Shown here one piece after another: positions 22,604 to 31,772 of a stretch of DNA of 64,000 bases. The notes under the pieces were generated by a model. The model saw nothing but the letters and a program-made list of their open reading frames with translations, did no database searches and was not told where the DNA came from. This DNA comes from Verrucomicrobiota bacterium (lineage in GTDB: Bacteria > Verrucomicrobiota > Verrucomicrobiia > Limisphaerales > AAA164-E04). Within the stretch, counting starts at the first letter, position 1; each line of letters starts with the position of its first letter. The stretch is taken from positions 4,928,001-4,992,000 of the forward strand of contig CP170459.1 in assembly GCA_047947115.1 (NCBI GenBank), written 5' to 3'. Made by a program: the position numbers and the translations under genes.

Positions 22604-24541
22604 ATGGGACAAAAAGAGCCAGGTATCTCGCTGTTAACCGATGATGATCTTCATTTGTTCAATGAAGGCAGTCATTTTCATTTGTATGAAAAACTGGGCA
22701 ATCACGCGGTCGAATGCAAGGGAAAACCGGGAGTCTATTTTGCCGTTTGGGCGCCCAATGCGGAATCAGTCCATGTGATGGGCGATTTCAATCAATGGTC
22801 CCGCTCAAAACATCCCCTGTCCCCGAAGGGACATTCCGGGATCTGGGAAGGTTTCATCGCCGGAATAGAGACCGGCAACTGTTACAAATACTATGTCCAA
22901 TCCAAATGGAATGGATATAAAGTAGAGAAAGCCGATCCATTTGCATCCTGGCACGAAATCCCGCCCAAGACCGGTTCTGTCATCTGGGGGTCTGAACACG
23001 AATGGAAAGATCAGTCATGGATGGAAAAGCGCAAGAATCGCACAAGCCACAAGGCTCCGGTCAGTGTGTATGAAGTTCATCTGGGCTCATGGAAACGCGA
23101 TCCAAATGATCCCAGCCGCCTGCTTTCTTATCGTGAACTGGCTCCCATGCTGGTGGATTACATCAAGGAAACCGGCTTCACGCATGTGGAATTCCTGCCC
23201 CTTATGGAACATCCCTTTTACGGTTCCTGGGGATATCAGCTGACCGGTTTTTTTGCTGCATCCAGTCGATACGGCACACCAGAAGATTTCGCATTTCTGG
23301 TCGATTTACTGCACCAGAACGACATTGGTGTCATTCTGGACTGGGTACCGTCCCATTTCCCAAACGACGCCCATGGCCTGGCCTATTTTGATGGAACACA
23401 TCTGTTCGAACACGAAGATCCCAAACAGGGATTTCATCCGGATTGGAAAAGCTACATTTTCAACTATGGACGCCATGAAGTGCGAAGCTTCCTAATCAGC
23501 AGCGCTTTTTACTGGCTGGATCGGTTCCACATCGACGGACTGCGTGTCGACGCGGTGGCCTCAATGCTCTATTTGGATTACTCACGTCAGGACGGCGAAT
23601 GGATACCCAACCAGCATGGCGGCAATGAAAATCTGGAAGCCATCGAATTCCTGAAGCGACTCAATACAGAGGTCTACCAACACTTCCCGGGCGTGCAAAT
23701 GATCGCTGAAGAATCCACCGCCTGGCCCATGGTGTCCCGTCCCCTCTACCTGGGCGGATTGGGGTTCGGGTATAAATGGGACATGGGGTGGATGCATGAT
23801 TCGCTCAGTTATATCAGTCACGACGCGGTCTACCGCAAATACCACCACCATCAATTGACCTTCCGCGGACTGTATGCCTTTTCCGAAAACTACATGCTTC
23901 CCCTTTCCCACGACGAGGTGGTCCACGGAAAAGGTTCGCTGGTGGAAAAAATGCCCGGCGACAATTGGCAGAAATTTGCCAACCTGAGACTGCTCTTTGC
24001 CAACATGTTCGGTCAACCCGCGAAAAAGCTCGTTTTCATGGGCGGGGAATTCGGGCAGTGGCGCGAATGGAATCACGACGCCAGTCTGGACTGGCATCTC
24101 CTGGACCACGCCAAGCACAAAGGTGTCAAGCAGTGGGTCAGAGACCTTAATCTTGCCTATCGCCGGGAATCCGCATTACACGCGTTTGACTGTGATTCGG
24201 GTGGATTTGACTGGGTGGATTGCGACAATGCCGACGAAAGCATTATCAGTTGGGAACGCACCAACCCGGAAACCGGCGAAATCATCCTCGTCGTACTGAA
24301 CTACACACCTGTTGTTCGAGAAACATACCGCGTCGGTGTCAAGCAAGGTGGATTCTGGAGCGAAATCCTGAATAGCGACGCACCGGACTACGGAGGCACC
24401 GGCGTCGGCAATCTGGGCGGGGTGAGCACAGAAGACTTTGGATGGCATTGGCGCCCCTACTGCCTGACCATCGCCCTCCCTCCTCTGGGAGCCGTGTTTT
24501 TCAAATACGAAGGCAAAGGGAAGCCTTCAGTTAAGTCCTGA
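22604..24541 (+). CDS. glgB: 1,4-alpha-glucan branching enzyme
   Basis: FAVWAPNA, YEVHLGSW, SWGYQ, DWVPSHF, DGLRVDAVASMLY, AEESTAW, LSHDEVVHGK. Confidence 0.97.
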   Translation: MGQKEPGISLLTDDDLHLFNEGSHFHLYEKLGNHAVECKGKPGVYFAVWAPNAESVHVMGDFNQWSRSKHPLSPKGHSGIWEGFIAGIETGNCYKYYVQSKWNGYKVEKADPFASWHEIPPKTGSVIWGSEHEWKDQSWMEKRKNRTSHKAPVSVYEVHLGSWKRDPNDPSRLLSYRELAPMLVDYIKETGFTHVEFLPLMEHPFYGSWGYQLTGFFAASSRYGTPEDFAFLVDLLHQNDIGVILDWVPSHFPNDAHGLAYFDGTHLFEHEDPKQGFHPDWKSYIFNYGRHEVRSFLISSAFYWLDRFHIDGLRVDAVASMLYLDYSRQDGEWIPNQHGGNENLEAIEFLKRLNTEVYQHFPGVQMIAEESTAWPMVSRPLYLGGLGFGYKWDMGWMHDSLSYISHDAVYRKYHHHQLTFRGLYAFSENYMLPLSHDEVVHGKGSLVEKMPGDNWQKFANLRLLFANMFGQPAKKLVFMGGEFGQWREWNHDASLDWHLLDHAKHKGVKQWVRDLNLAYRRESALHAFDCDSGGFDWVDCDNADESIISWERTNPETGEIILVVLNYTPVVRETYRVGVKQGGFWSEILNSDAPDYGGTGVGNLGGVSTEDFGWHWRPYCLTIALPPLGAVFFKYEGKGKPSVKS

Positions 24542-24587
24542 AGGCTTGCAGAACAAACGTCGCAGGCAGATTGGATAATCCCTCGGA

Positions 24588-24992
24588 TCAAGGATCAACG
24601 GTGATCCGTTGCCAACTGATTCCCTGGGACTTGGCATACTTTTCAAAAGCCCGTTCATTTTGCATAATGACAGCGCGCACCACGCTGGAGTCGTCCGCGT
24701 GCCCGAGGTCCACAATGGAATCCGGGATGATATCCACCTTCTTGTGGGCATAAGTCAGTGCAAACACCGCCTCAGCCAGGGCGAAATAAGGTAATTCCTT
24801 ATAGACACCCTCAAAACTATCCTCCACCGCATTGGCCAAGAACTCCAACTGATCCACCAAATGCGGGTATTTGGGCGCTTCAATTTGTGTAAACTCAGCC
24901 TTCCAAACGGGAATATGTCGAATAACGTCCTCCACCACGGAAGGCGTTATCAGCGATGCCCCATTATTAACAAAACGAACAAACTCAGCCAT
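24588..24992 (-). CDS. YkvA/DUF1232-like small protein
   Basis: ALTY...VDIIPD....LG..DD..V motif. Confidence 0.75.
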   Translation of the reverse strand: MAEFVRFVNNGASLITPSVVEDVIRHIPVWKAEFTQIEAPKYPHLVDQLEFLANAVEDSFEGVYKELPYFALAEAVFALTYAHKKVDIIPDSIVDLGHADDSSVVRAVIMQNERAFEKYAKSQGISWQRITVDP

Positions 24993-25071
24993 AAGAGAAT
25001 TCTAAAAGCACCCCCAGCCCAAAGTAAACCTGAATTTCACCCTCCTGGAAAAAGAATCACTTGAGGCATAC

Positions 25072-25325
25072 GGTAGCTACAGCGGGGCTCCTTCTGGCGA
25101 AGGAACCTACGTCAGATAGAACGTATCAGGCTGTCCCGCGACTGCGTGGATCTTGATGCGATCCTCGTGGTTACCGAGCTTATTATGCTCTCCGGTTTGT
25201 GAAGCCCTAAGCATGCCAATCCCCTATCGCCTTTTCGCGCGCGAAAACGGAACTTTCTCAAAAAGGCTCCTACGAAGTAATTGGATCCTGTTCATCTCGT
25301 ATATCTCGAGACTTCGGTGGCTGCC
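25072..25325 (+). ncRNA. Candidate ~255-nt multibranched structured RNA, family unknown
   Basis: Closing helix GGTAGCTAC/GTGGCTGCC encloses several back-to-back helices. Many G-U pairs work only on the + strand. No credible ORF. Confidence 0.55.
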
Positions 25326-25332
25326 TAAAAAA

Positions 25333-26424
25333 TCACTGACTTTCGGATGAGGTGTGGCGTTTCAGGATTTGGTCGATGGCCCATTGGGCGTGCTCGGCAA
25401 TCAGGGGTTCCGGTTCACATTTGGCTTTTTCGAGAGCTGGCAGGGCTTGTTCGTCTCCAACGTTGCCTAAAGCCACACAAACGTTTCGTAACAAGCCTCG
25501 CCGCTTGCTTCTCATCATGGGAGTGCCCTGAAATGACTTCTTGAACTGTTCATCATCCAGTTCAAGCAAGGCAAGTAGGTCTGGTCGCTTCAAATCATCC
25601 CTGCGTGCTGAGTGCATCAAGTTCCCTTCCCTAGCGAACCGGTTCCAGGGACAAACTGCCAGACAGTCATCACACCCAAAAATACGATCTCCAATGGAGG
25701 ATCGCAGATCTTCAGGAATCGATCCTTTCAGTTCAATGGTCAGATAGGAAATACACCGACGGGCATCTAGCTTGAAAGGTTCCAAAATCGCATCGGTCGG
25801 ACAGGCATGGAGGCAGCGGGTGCAGGTTCCACAACGATTTTTCTCCGGTTCATCCGGTTTTAGATCAAGTGTTGTGAGGATTTCTCCCAGGAAAAACCAG
25901 TTTCCAAGATCCCGACTGATCACATTGGTGTGTTTCCCCACAAAGCCCAAACCGCTGCGCTGCGCCAAATCGCGTTCCATGATCGGCCCGGTATCCATGT
26001 AGTAGAGATGATTTTCATCCGGACCGACCATTGATTGGATAGTTTCAACCAGACGCACCAAAGCTGGCTTGAGGACATCATGATAGTCCTCATACCTGGC
26101 ATATCGGGCAACTGTACCCTTTGCACCGACTGGCATTTCACCGATTTCATCGACTCCAGAATCTCCCGGAAAATAAGAAACCGCCAGGGTGATGACGCTC
26201 TTAACCTGAGGGAGTACTGTGGATAAATCAGCTTTTTTTGCGGAATGACGGGCGAGGTATTCCATTTTCCCATGCATTCCCGCATCAACCCAGGACCGAT
26301 AGGATGGCCATGTCCCGGGTGTGCGGGCGTGGGTAAAACGACAGTGATCAAAACCTAATTCGATGGCCTGTTGTCGGATGCAATCTTCAAGCGTTCCCGT
26401 TTTAAAACAATTCATAGCCAACAT
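25333..26424 (-). CDS. queG: tRNA epoxyqueuosine(34) reductase
   Basis: GMHGKMEYL, ARYA..DYH, DTGPIMER, two Fe-S motifs CGTCTRC..ACPT and CISYLTIE...GCDDC..VCPWN, HEAT tail. Start uncertain. Confidence 0.95.
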   Translation of the reverse strand: MLAMNCFKTGTLEDCIRQQAIELGFDHCRFTHARTPGTWPSYRSWVDAGMHGKMEYLARHSAKKADLSTVLPQVKSVITLAVSYFPGDSGVDEIGEMPVGAKGTVARYARYEDYHDVLKPALVRLVETIQSMVGPDENHLYYMDTGPIMERDLAQRSGLGFVGKHTNVISRDLGNWFFLGEILTTLDLKPDEPEKNRCGTCTRCLHACPTDAILEPFKLDARRCISYLTIELKGSIPEDLRSSIGDRIFGCDDCLAVCPWNRFAREGNLMHSARRDDLKRPDLLALLELDDEQFKKSFQGTPMMRSKRRGLLRNVCVALGNVGDEQALPALEKAKCEPEPLIAEHAQWAIDQILKRHTSSESQ

Positions 26425-26434
26425 GCTACCCGTT

Positions 26435-26989
26435 TCAAGCCTCTCCTTCACCGGATTCACGCCTTTGCACCTGACGGAACTGGCGAACGACAATCTGGCT
26501 AATTTGTCGCATGGGTCGGGTTTCAGTATTAATCATCAAATCCGCAGCCTGATAGAATACCTTTCGTTTAGCCAGCAAGTTGGTGATCGTTCCCAGGGGA
26601 TCTTCAGTTTGCAACAGGGGGCGGTGAGATTGCCTCTTAACCCGGTTGAATATCGTCTGAGGCGAAGCCCACAGGCATACGACAAAGGCATGTTGTTTCA
26701 GGTGATCAATATTGTCCTCGTAAGTCACCAGGCCTCCCCCCGTAGAGATCACGCAGTGGTTCCAGGATTTCATTTCCATGACCAAATCTCGCTCCAACCG
26801 ACGAAAATGGTCTTCACCGTGCTCTGCAAATATTTGTGCGATACTTGTTTTTTGGCGCTGCTCAATGATTTCATCCGTATCGACAAAACGATAGTTGAGA
26901 AAATCGGCAAAATGACGCCCCATTGTGGACTTACCGACTCCCATGAAGCCGATCAAGGCAAGATTACGAATGTGACGTTCTGCATACAC
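26435..26989 (-). CDS. aroK: Shikimate kinase
   Basis: LIGFMGVGKST Walker A, DTD..IE, GE..FR..E, STGGG, RPLL. Confidence 0.95.
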   Translation of the reverse strand: MYAERHIRNLALIGFMGVGKSTMGRHFADFLNYRFVDTDEIIEQRQKTSIAQIFAEHGEDHFRRLERDLVMEMKSWNHCVISTGGGLVTYEDNIDHLKQHAFVVCLWASPQTIFNRVKRQSHRPLLQTEDPLGTITNLLAKRKVFYQAADLMINTETRPMRQISQIVVRQFRQVQRRESGEGEA

Positions 26990-27139
26990 ACCTTTTGGTT
27001 ACATTAGTTTGAGACCGGAACCAAGGCGGAAATGAGTCCAATCAAACAAGCCACAAAGCTGGAGCATCATCCGGAGTATTCAAAATGCATTCATTGCACG
27101 CTCCACCAACAGCTCAAGATCGCAAAGCCTTCCCTTCTT

Positions 27140-27350
27140 CAGGAAGGAGTGGCCGGGAGAGGATGGAGGAATCCCGGCCACTCTGAGCCTGAATACACAT
27201 GACTTCTGTCATATGTGGGTTTCCGTAGAGTCTCACTTAGGAAAGACCCTGTGAGTGACCGGGCTGAAGCTTCTAGGTTGCACCCTACTTGAAGCAAAAA
27301 GTTTAAAACCCGGTCACTCATTGGCCTGATAACAGTGAGTGGATCACCCG
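27140..27350 (-). ncRNA. Candidate rod-shaped small RNA (6S-like?) or structured leader of aroK
   Basis: TTGACC-17-CATGCT promoter just upstream (27385-27357). ~135-nt imperfect hairpin with a perfect 12-bp core, followed by two more hairpins. Confidence 0.5.
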
Positions 27351-27438
27351 GTGCAAAGCATGCATCAACCCCACACATAGGTCAATAGATAATTTTTCGC
27401 AACTTACTGCTTTTTAATTGCTTCCATATTTTTTGAGC

Positions 27439-27523
27439 GTCGGTTTTTCAATATTTTGTCGGTTTTTCAATATTTTGTCGCTTTTCAATAACTCAGATTA
27501 TTGGTTTTGTCGGTTTTTCGATA
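27439..27523. repeat. 19-bp tandem direct repeat GTCGGTTTTTCAATATTTT (2 exact copies + 2 degenerate) in an AT-rich intergenic region
   Basis: Exact copies at 27439-27457 and 27458-27476. Partial copies at 27477-27490 (GTCGCTTTTCAATA) and 27509-27523 (GTCGGTTTTTCGATA). Confidence 0.85.
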
Positions 27524-27853
27524 CTTTCGTAACAAATTCTCATTTTCCACGATTAGAAAAAATGGGCAGAAAAAAATGAATGTTTTTCAATTTTTTCCCT
27601 TCATCCTTGTTTCATCCCCTCCTCAAGTCCCGTTTTTCATGTTCAACATTCTGAATTTCATCACCTATTCCTTTTTCTTAAGTCTGGCAGGCGGATTCCA
27701 CATGGTCTTGAAATCGGCATTGTTCGTGAAATAAAGAATCCGGTCTCGGAACTGAATCTGTTCCCGATCGTTGAATCTTTGCCCCAAGAAGAACGCTTGA
27801 CCGACACGCCTTTTTGTGCGGGACTTATCCGCAATCCCAACTGCTTTCGAATC

Positions 27854-29362
27854 ATGATTACGTTTTTAGCTCAAGCTACCGCGGCAACCAGCATATCAAT
27901 GTGGCCCATGGCCATCTTGGCCATCTGCGTCTTTTTTATTGTGATAGCCATTACGGTCCTGAGGGTCCACGCCTTCCTGGCCCTGATATTGGCCGCCTTT
28001 CTGGCAGGTATCCTAACTGGAGATCTGCCGAATCCAAACGAACTGAACAAAGGAACATTCCACTCCAGGAAAGCTCTTGACATGAGTGAGTTGGAAGGCA
28101 ACAACCTCACGAAAGCCGTGAAGTGGTCACTCATGGGGTTTGGGGATACAGCTGGAGGCATTGGCTTGGTCATCGCTTTGGCAGCGATTATCGGCACATG
28201 CATGATGGGCAGCGGGGCAGCAGATCGCATCGTTAGAGCTCTTTTGAAAACTTTTGGCGAAAAGCGAGCAGGTATCGTATTATTGCTCAGCGGGTTCCTA
28301 CTATCCATCCCGGTATTTTTCGATACGGTGTTTTTCTTGCTGATACCTTTGGCGCGCGCCCTTAGTTTACGCACGGGGAAAAGCTACACTTTTTATGTAA
28401 TGGCCATGGCCGGAGCAGGAGCTATTACTCACTCAATGGTTCCTCCAACCCCGGGCCCCCTCATGATTGCTGAAGAATTAAAAATCGAACTCGGCATCGC
28501 TATCATGGCTGGTCTCGCGGCGAGCATCCTTCCCGCATGGTTAGTGCTGATCCTGTCAAAACGCTTCGACGACAAGTTTAACATTCCCATGCGTGATATC
28601 TCAGGAGCTTCTAATGAGGACCTGCAAAGCATTGTAAATAAAAAGGATTCGGATCTGCCTGGATTATTTCTTTCATCCATACCTGTTGCTTTTCCGGTTG
28701 TCGCCATTTCATTGGTTTCTGTTCTCGGTTTATTCGATGCCGATGCATACAAATTCTTCCCATACCTCGAGTTCATTGGTCAGTCGAATATCGCGATGTT
28801 GATCGCCGCAGGTTTTGCAGTTTTCACCTATGCACGGCAACTGATCATTACGACACCATCCCTCAAAGGGAACCTCTCCCGCACACTGAGTGAGAAACTG
28901 GAGGCCCCACTGCAGACAGCCGGTGTCATCATCATGATTACAGGGGCGGGAGGCGCTTTTGGCGGGATGATTCGTCTGGCTGGTGTGGGCGAAACCATCG
29001 AAGCTCTGGCGCATAAATTTAACATTTCCTACATCTTGCTTGCCTGGCTGGCAACGGCGGTCGTTCGTATCGCTCAGGGTTCTGCAACGGTGGCCATGAT
29101 TACCGGGGTTGGATTGATGTCGGCTGTCATTGGAGACGGAAGCACCTTGGCTTACCATCCGCTCTATGTCTTTCTGGCGATCGGATTCGGGTCCATCACC
29201 ATGTCCTGGATGAACGACAGCGGTTTCTGGGTCGTACAACGCCTGAGCGGATTCACCGAAAAGGAAACGCTCAAGACTTGGACGGTGCTATTGACAGGTA
29301 TTGCCGTGCTGGGCTTGATCGAAACTTTGATCTTTTCAAAGATTCTTCCTTTGGCCGGATAA
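27854..29362 (+). CDS. GntP family gluconate/sugar-acid:H+ symporter
   Basis: LRVHAFLALI, SGAADRIV, IPVFFD, PPTPGP, RIAQGSATVA, NDSGFW. Many TM helices. Confidence 0.93.
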   Translation: MITFLAQATAATSISMWPMAILAICVFFIVIAITVLRVHAFLALILAAFLAGILTGDLPNPNELNKGTFHSRKALDMSELEGNNLTKAVKWSLMGFGDTAGGIGLVIALAAIIGTCMMGSGAADRIVRALLKTFGEKRAGIVLLLSGFLLSIPVFFDTVFFLLIPLARALSLRTGKSYTFYVMAMAGAGAITHSMVPPTPGPLMIAEELKIELGIAIMAGLAASILPAWLVLILSKRFDDKFNIPMRDISGASNEDLQSIVNKKDSDLPGLFLSSIPVAFPVVAISLVSVLGLFDADAYKFFPYLEFIGQSNIAMLIAAGFAVFTYARQLIITTPSLKGNLSRTLSEKLEAPLQTAGVIIMITGAGGAFGGMIRLAGVGETIEALAHKFNISYILLAWLATAVVRIAQGSATVAMITGVGLMSAVIGDGSTLAYHPLYVFLAIGFGSITMSWMNDSGFWVVQRLSGFTEKETLKTWTVLLTGIAVLGLIETLIFSKILPLAG

Positions 29363-29383
29363 TGCTTTCCTGACGACTCCTAC

Positions 29384-30193
29384 TTGAATCACTTGCTCTA
29401 CGACGCCCATTTGCATCTGCAGGATCGCAGGCTGGATTGTGTTCGATCCGGTCTGCCGGCGTGGTATGGCAAAGAGAATGTGGCCCGCATTGTGGTCAAC
29501 GGCACCCAGGTTTCTGACTGGCCAGACGTCCTGCAACTGGCCGAGCAAATACAGCAAGTCCTACCTTCTTTCGGGATTCATCCCTGGTGGATCGAGAATC
29601 GGCCGGAAGACTGGCTGAATCGATTGATCGGACATCAAGAATCCATCCCGAGTGTCATCGGCGAAATCGGACTGGATAGGTGGTTTAAAAAGGACAACAT
29701 GGAAGATCAGGTGTCGGTCTTTCTTGATCAATGGCATGTGGCCAATGAACGCGGTTTGCCTGTAACCATCCACTGTCTGAAAGCCTGGGGCACATTGTTG
29801 GACCTGATCGAAAAGCACCCCCACCAAGGACCTGGATTTCTATTGCATTCCTACAGCGGTCCGTTGGAAATGGTGGATGCTTGGGTCAAACTGGGTGCAC
29901 GCTTTTCAATCTCTGGTCATTTTGCTCACCCGCGAAAAGCATCCAGAAGGGAAGTATTTCACCGCATCCCGCTGGATCGCATTCTGATCGAAACAGACGC
30001 ACCCGACATGCCTCCCCCTGAAGAATGGGTAAAGTTCCCACTCCCAACAGAACCGGATCAAAAACCCATCAACCACCCAGGAAACCTCATTAGCATTTAC
30101 GATTTTGCAGCCAAGTGGTTGGAAATTCCGCAAGATGAATTGGAATCCATCATCGAGCACAATTTCAGGGAAATGTTTGGAATGGTCATGTGA
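29384..30193 (+). CDS. TatD family hydrolase/DNase
   Basis: DAHLH, GIHPW, GEIGLD, IHC, HSYSG, IETDAP. Confidence 0.93.
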   Translation: MNHLLYDAHLHLQDRRLDCVRSGLPAWYGKENVARIVVNGTQVSDWPDVLQLAEQIQQVLPSFGIHPWWIENRPEDWLNRLIGHQESIPSVIGEIGLDRWFKKDNMEDQVSVFLDQWHVANERGLPVTIHCLKAWGTLLDLIEKHPHQGPGFLLHSYSGPLEMVDAWVKLGARFSISGHFAHPRKASRREVFHRIPLDRILIETDAPDMPPPEEWVKFPLPTEPDQKPINHPGNLISIYDFAAKWLEIPQDELESIIEHNFREMFGMVM

Positions 30194-30310
30194 TGTCACA
30201 CAAGGGCTCCAAGGCACTAAGGTAAATCATTCCGATCACTCTCCCCCATGGCAAACACTCATAATCTTCGTGACTTTGTGTGAGACAAAAACAATTCCAA
30301 CAACAAAATA

Positions 30311-31615
30311 CTAATCATCAATGGCCTGCCCAATCAATTGCCGAACCTTCCAGGCGGTGGGTTCGCCGATTTGTTGGGTTTGTTTCATGAGGACTCCAAT
30401 AACTTCTTCCTCCGGATCGGCAAAGTATTGCGTATTGAAGTAGCCACCCCATTCAAATGTTCCGGGGCTTCCCAATCCACCGCGAGCAGGTCCGTCCTCG
30501 CTGACCACAGCGAAAGCCAGTCCGTGATGTTTGTCCACACCCCCAAACAAATCGCCCGTTTGATTGTGCATCATGGTGTCAATGGTGGTGCGGCTAAGAA
30601 TTCGGACGCCATTGAGTTCGCCTCCATTAAGGTACATCTGCAAAAAGGTAGCGTAATCTTTGGCAGTACTGGACAAACCTGCTCCGCCGGAGAAAAAGGT
30701 TTTGGCGCCTTTGATTGGATAATCCGGATCGTAAAAAGTCACCGGGTATCGCACCCACTTCCCATCCTTTTTGGTCTGGACCGGTACGAGTCGACCAGCC
30801 TTGGACGCTGGCTGATAAAACCCGGTATCGTGCATGCCCAAGGGTTCAAACAATCTCTCTTTCAAGAAATCCTCGAAACTCATGCCCGAAACAATTTCAA
30901 TGAAATATCCCAATACATCCAATCCTTCGCTGTAGGTAAACTTTTCACCGGGATGATGGTGTAAAGGTAATTTGGCAAGCTTTCGGACACTTTCGCCGAT
31001 GGTGACGGGCTCGGTGGTGAAAAGATCGGTAACACCGGCCTTGGCATAGATCTTCTTGAAACGATCATCTCCGTCAATGACACCGTAACCAATGCCGGAT
31101 GTATGCGTCAGCAGGTGACGGATGGTGATAGGTGTTTTCACCGGCTCAGTTGTCCAGGTCACAGTAGATTGGTCGAATGACTTCAGGACACCGGCATCCG
31201 AGAATTCGGGTATCCAGTTCGAAATGGGATCATCGAGTTGGAACAGTCCCTCTTCCCAGAGCATCATGACGGCAGTGGAGGTGATCGCTTTGGATTGAGA
31301 GGCGATTCGGAAAATATCATTGATCTGGAAGGCTCGTTGACTTTCATGGTCCGCCATTCCGTAGGCCCGAAGAAAGACAATCTTGCCTTTGCGGGCCACC
31401 AAAGCGACTGCACCCGGAATCTGTTGATCCTGCACCGCTTTACTGAGCATCCGGTCAATACGTTCAAGTCGATCCGGCGACATGCCTGCCGATTCCGGCG
31501 AAGCCTCCATCAAAGGTGCGGAATGTGCAGCGTGACTTGGAGTTTGCGCCATTCCGGTCCATGCCACGGCAACGCACAAAACCATACACAATCGTACAAA
31601 GGTAAAATTTTTCAT
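30311..31615 (-). CDS. Secreted serine hydrolase, beta-lactamase class C/PBP-like family
   Basis: Signal peptide, FRIASQSK (SxxK), LLTHTSG, PGEKFTYS, EPLGM.DT, WGGY. Confidence 0.92.
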   Translation of the reverse strand: MKNFTFVRLCMVLCVAVAWTGMAQTPSHAAHSAPLMEASPESAGMSPDRLERIDRMLSKAVQDQQIPGAVALVARKGKIVFLRAYGMADHESQRAFQINDIFRIASQSKAITSTAVMMLWEEGLFQLDDPISNWIPEFSDAGVLKSFDQSTVTWTTEPVKTPITIRHLLTHTSGIGYGVIDGDDRFKKIYAKAGVTDLFTTEPVTIGESVRKLAKLPLHHHPGEKFTYSEGLDVLGYFIEIVSGMSFEDFLKERLFEPLGMHDTGFYQPASKAGRLVPVQTKKDGKWVRYPVTFYDPDYPIKGAKTFFSGGAGLSSTAKDYATFLQMYLNGGELNGVRILSRTTIDTMMHNQTGDLFGGVDKHHGLAFAVVSEDGPARGGLGSPGTFEWGGYFNTQYFADPEEEVIGVLMKQTQQIGEPTAWKVRQLIGQAIDD

Positions 31616-31772
31616 GGTATTTGCCATGGAGCGAAGTTGGTAAACGGGATTCATGGAAGGAATTATGCGATCTCTGGAAACAAAAAACAATCCCCAAGCC
31701 GCAACGTTCCAAAAGTCCTTGAAACAATAGCCATGCTGGACGTGTAGAGGTGGATATATGTTCCCTTGCATC

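Noticed and set aside
25100..25146. Resemblance to a cobalamin riboswitch core (GGAA-CCT...AGG-CTGTCCCGCGACTG) near B12-dependent queG
   Set aside because: Lacks the T-loop hairpin, GCCACTG/GGGAAG and the AGCCAG(G)AGACC B12 box. It is on the opposite strand to, and downstream of, queG.
27439..27523. Possible CRISPR array or replication origin
   Set aside because: The exact repeats abut with no unique spacers, no cas genes are present, and no DnaA boxes or dnaA/rep gene were seen.
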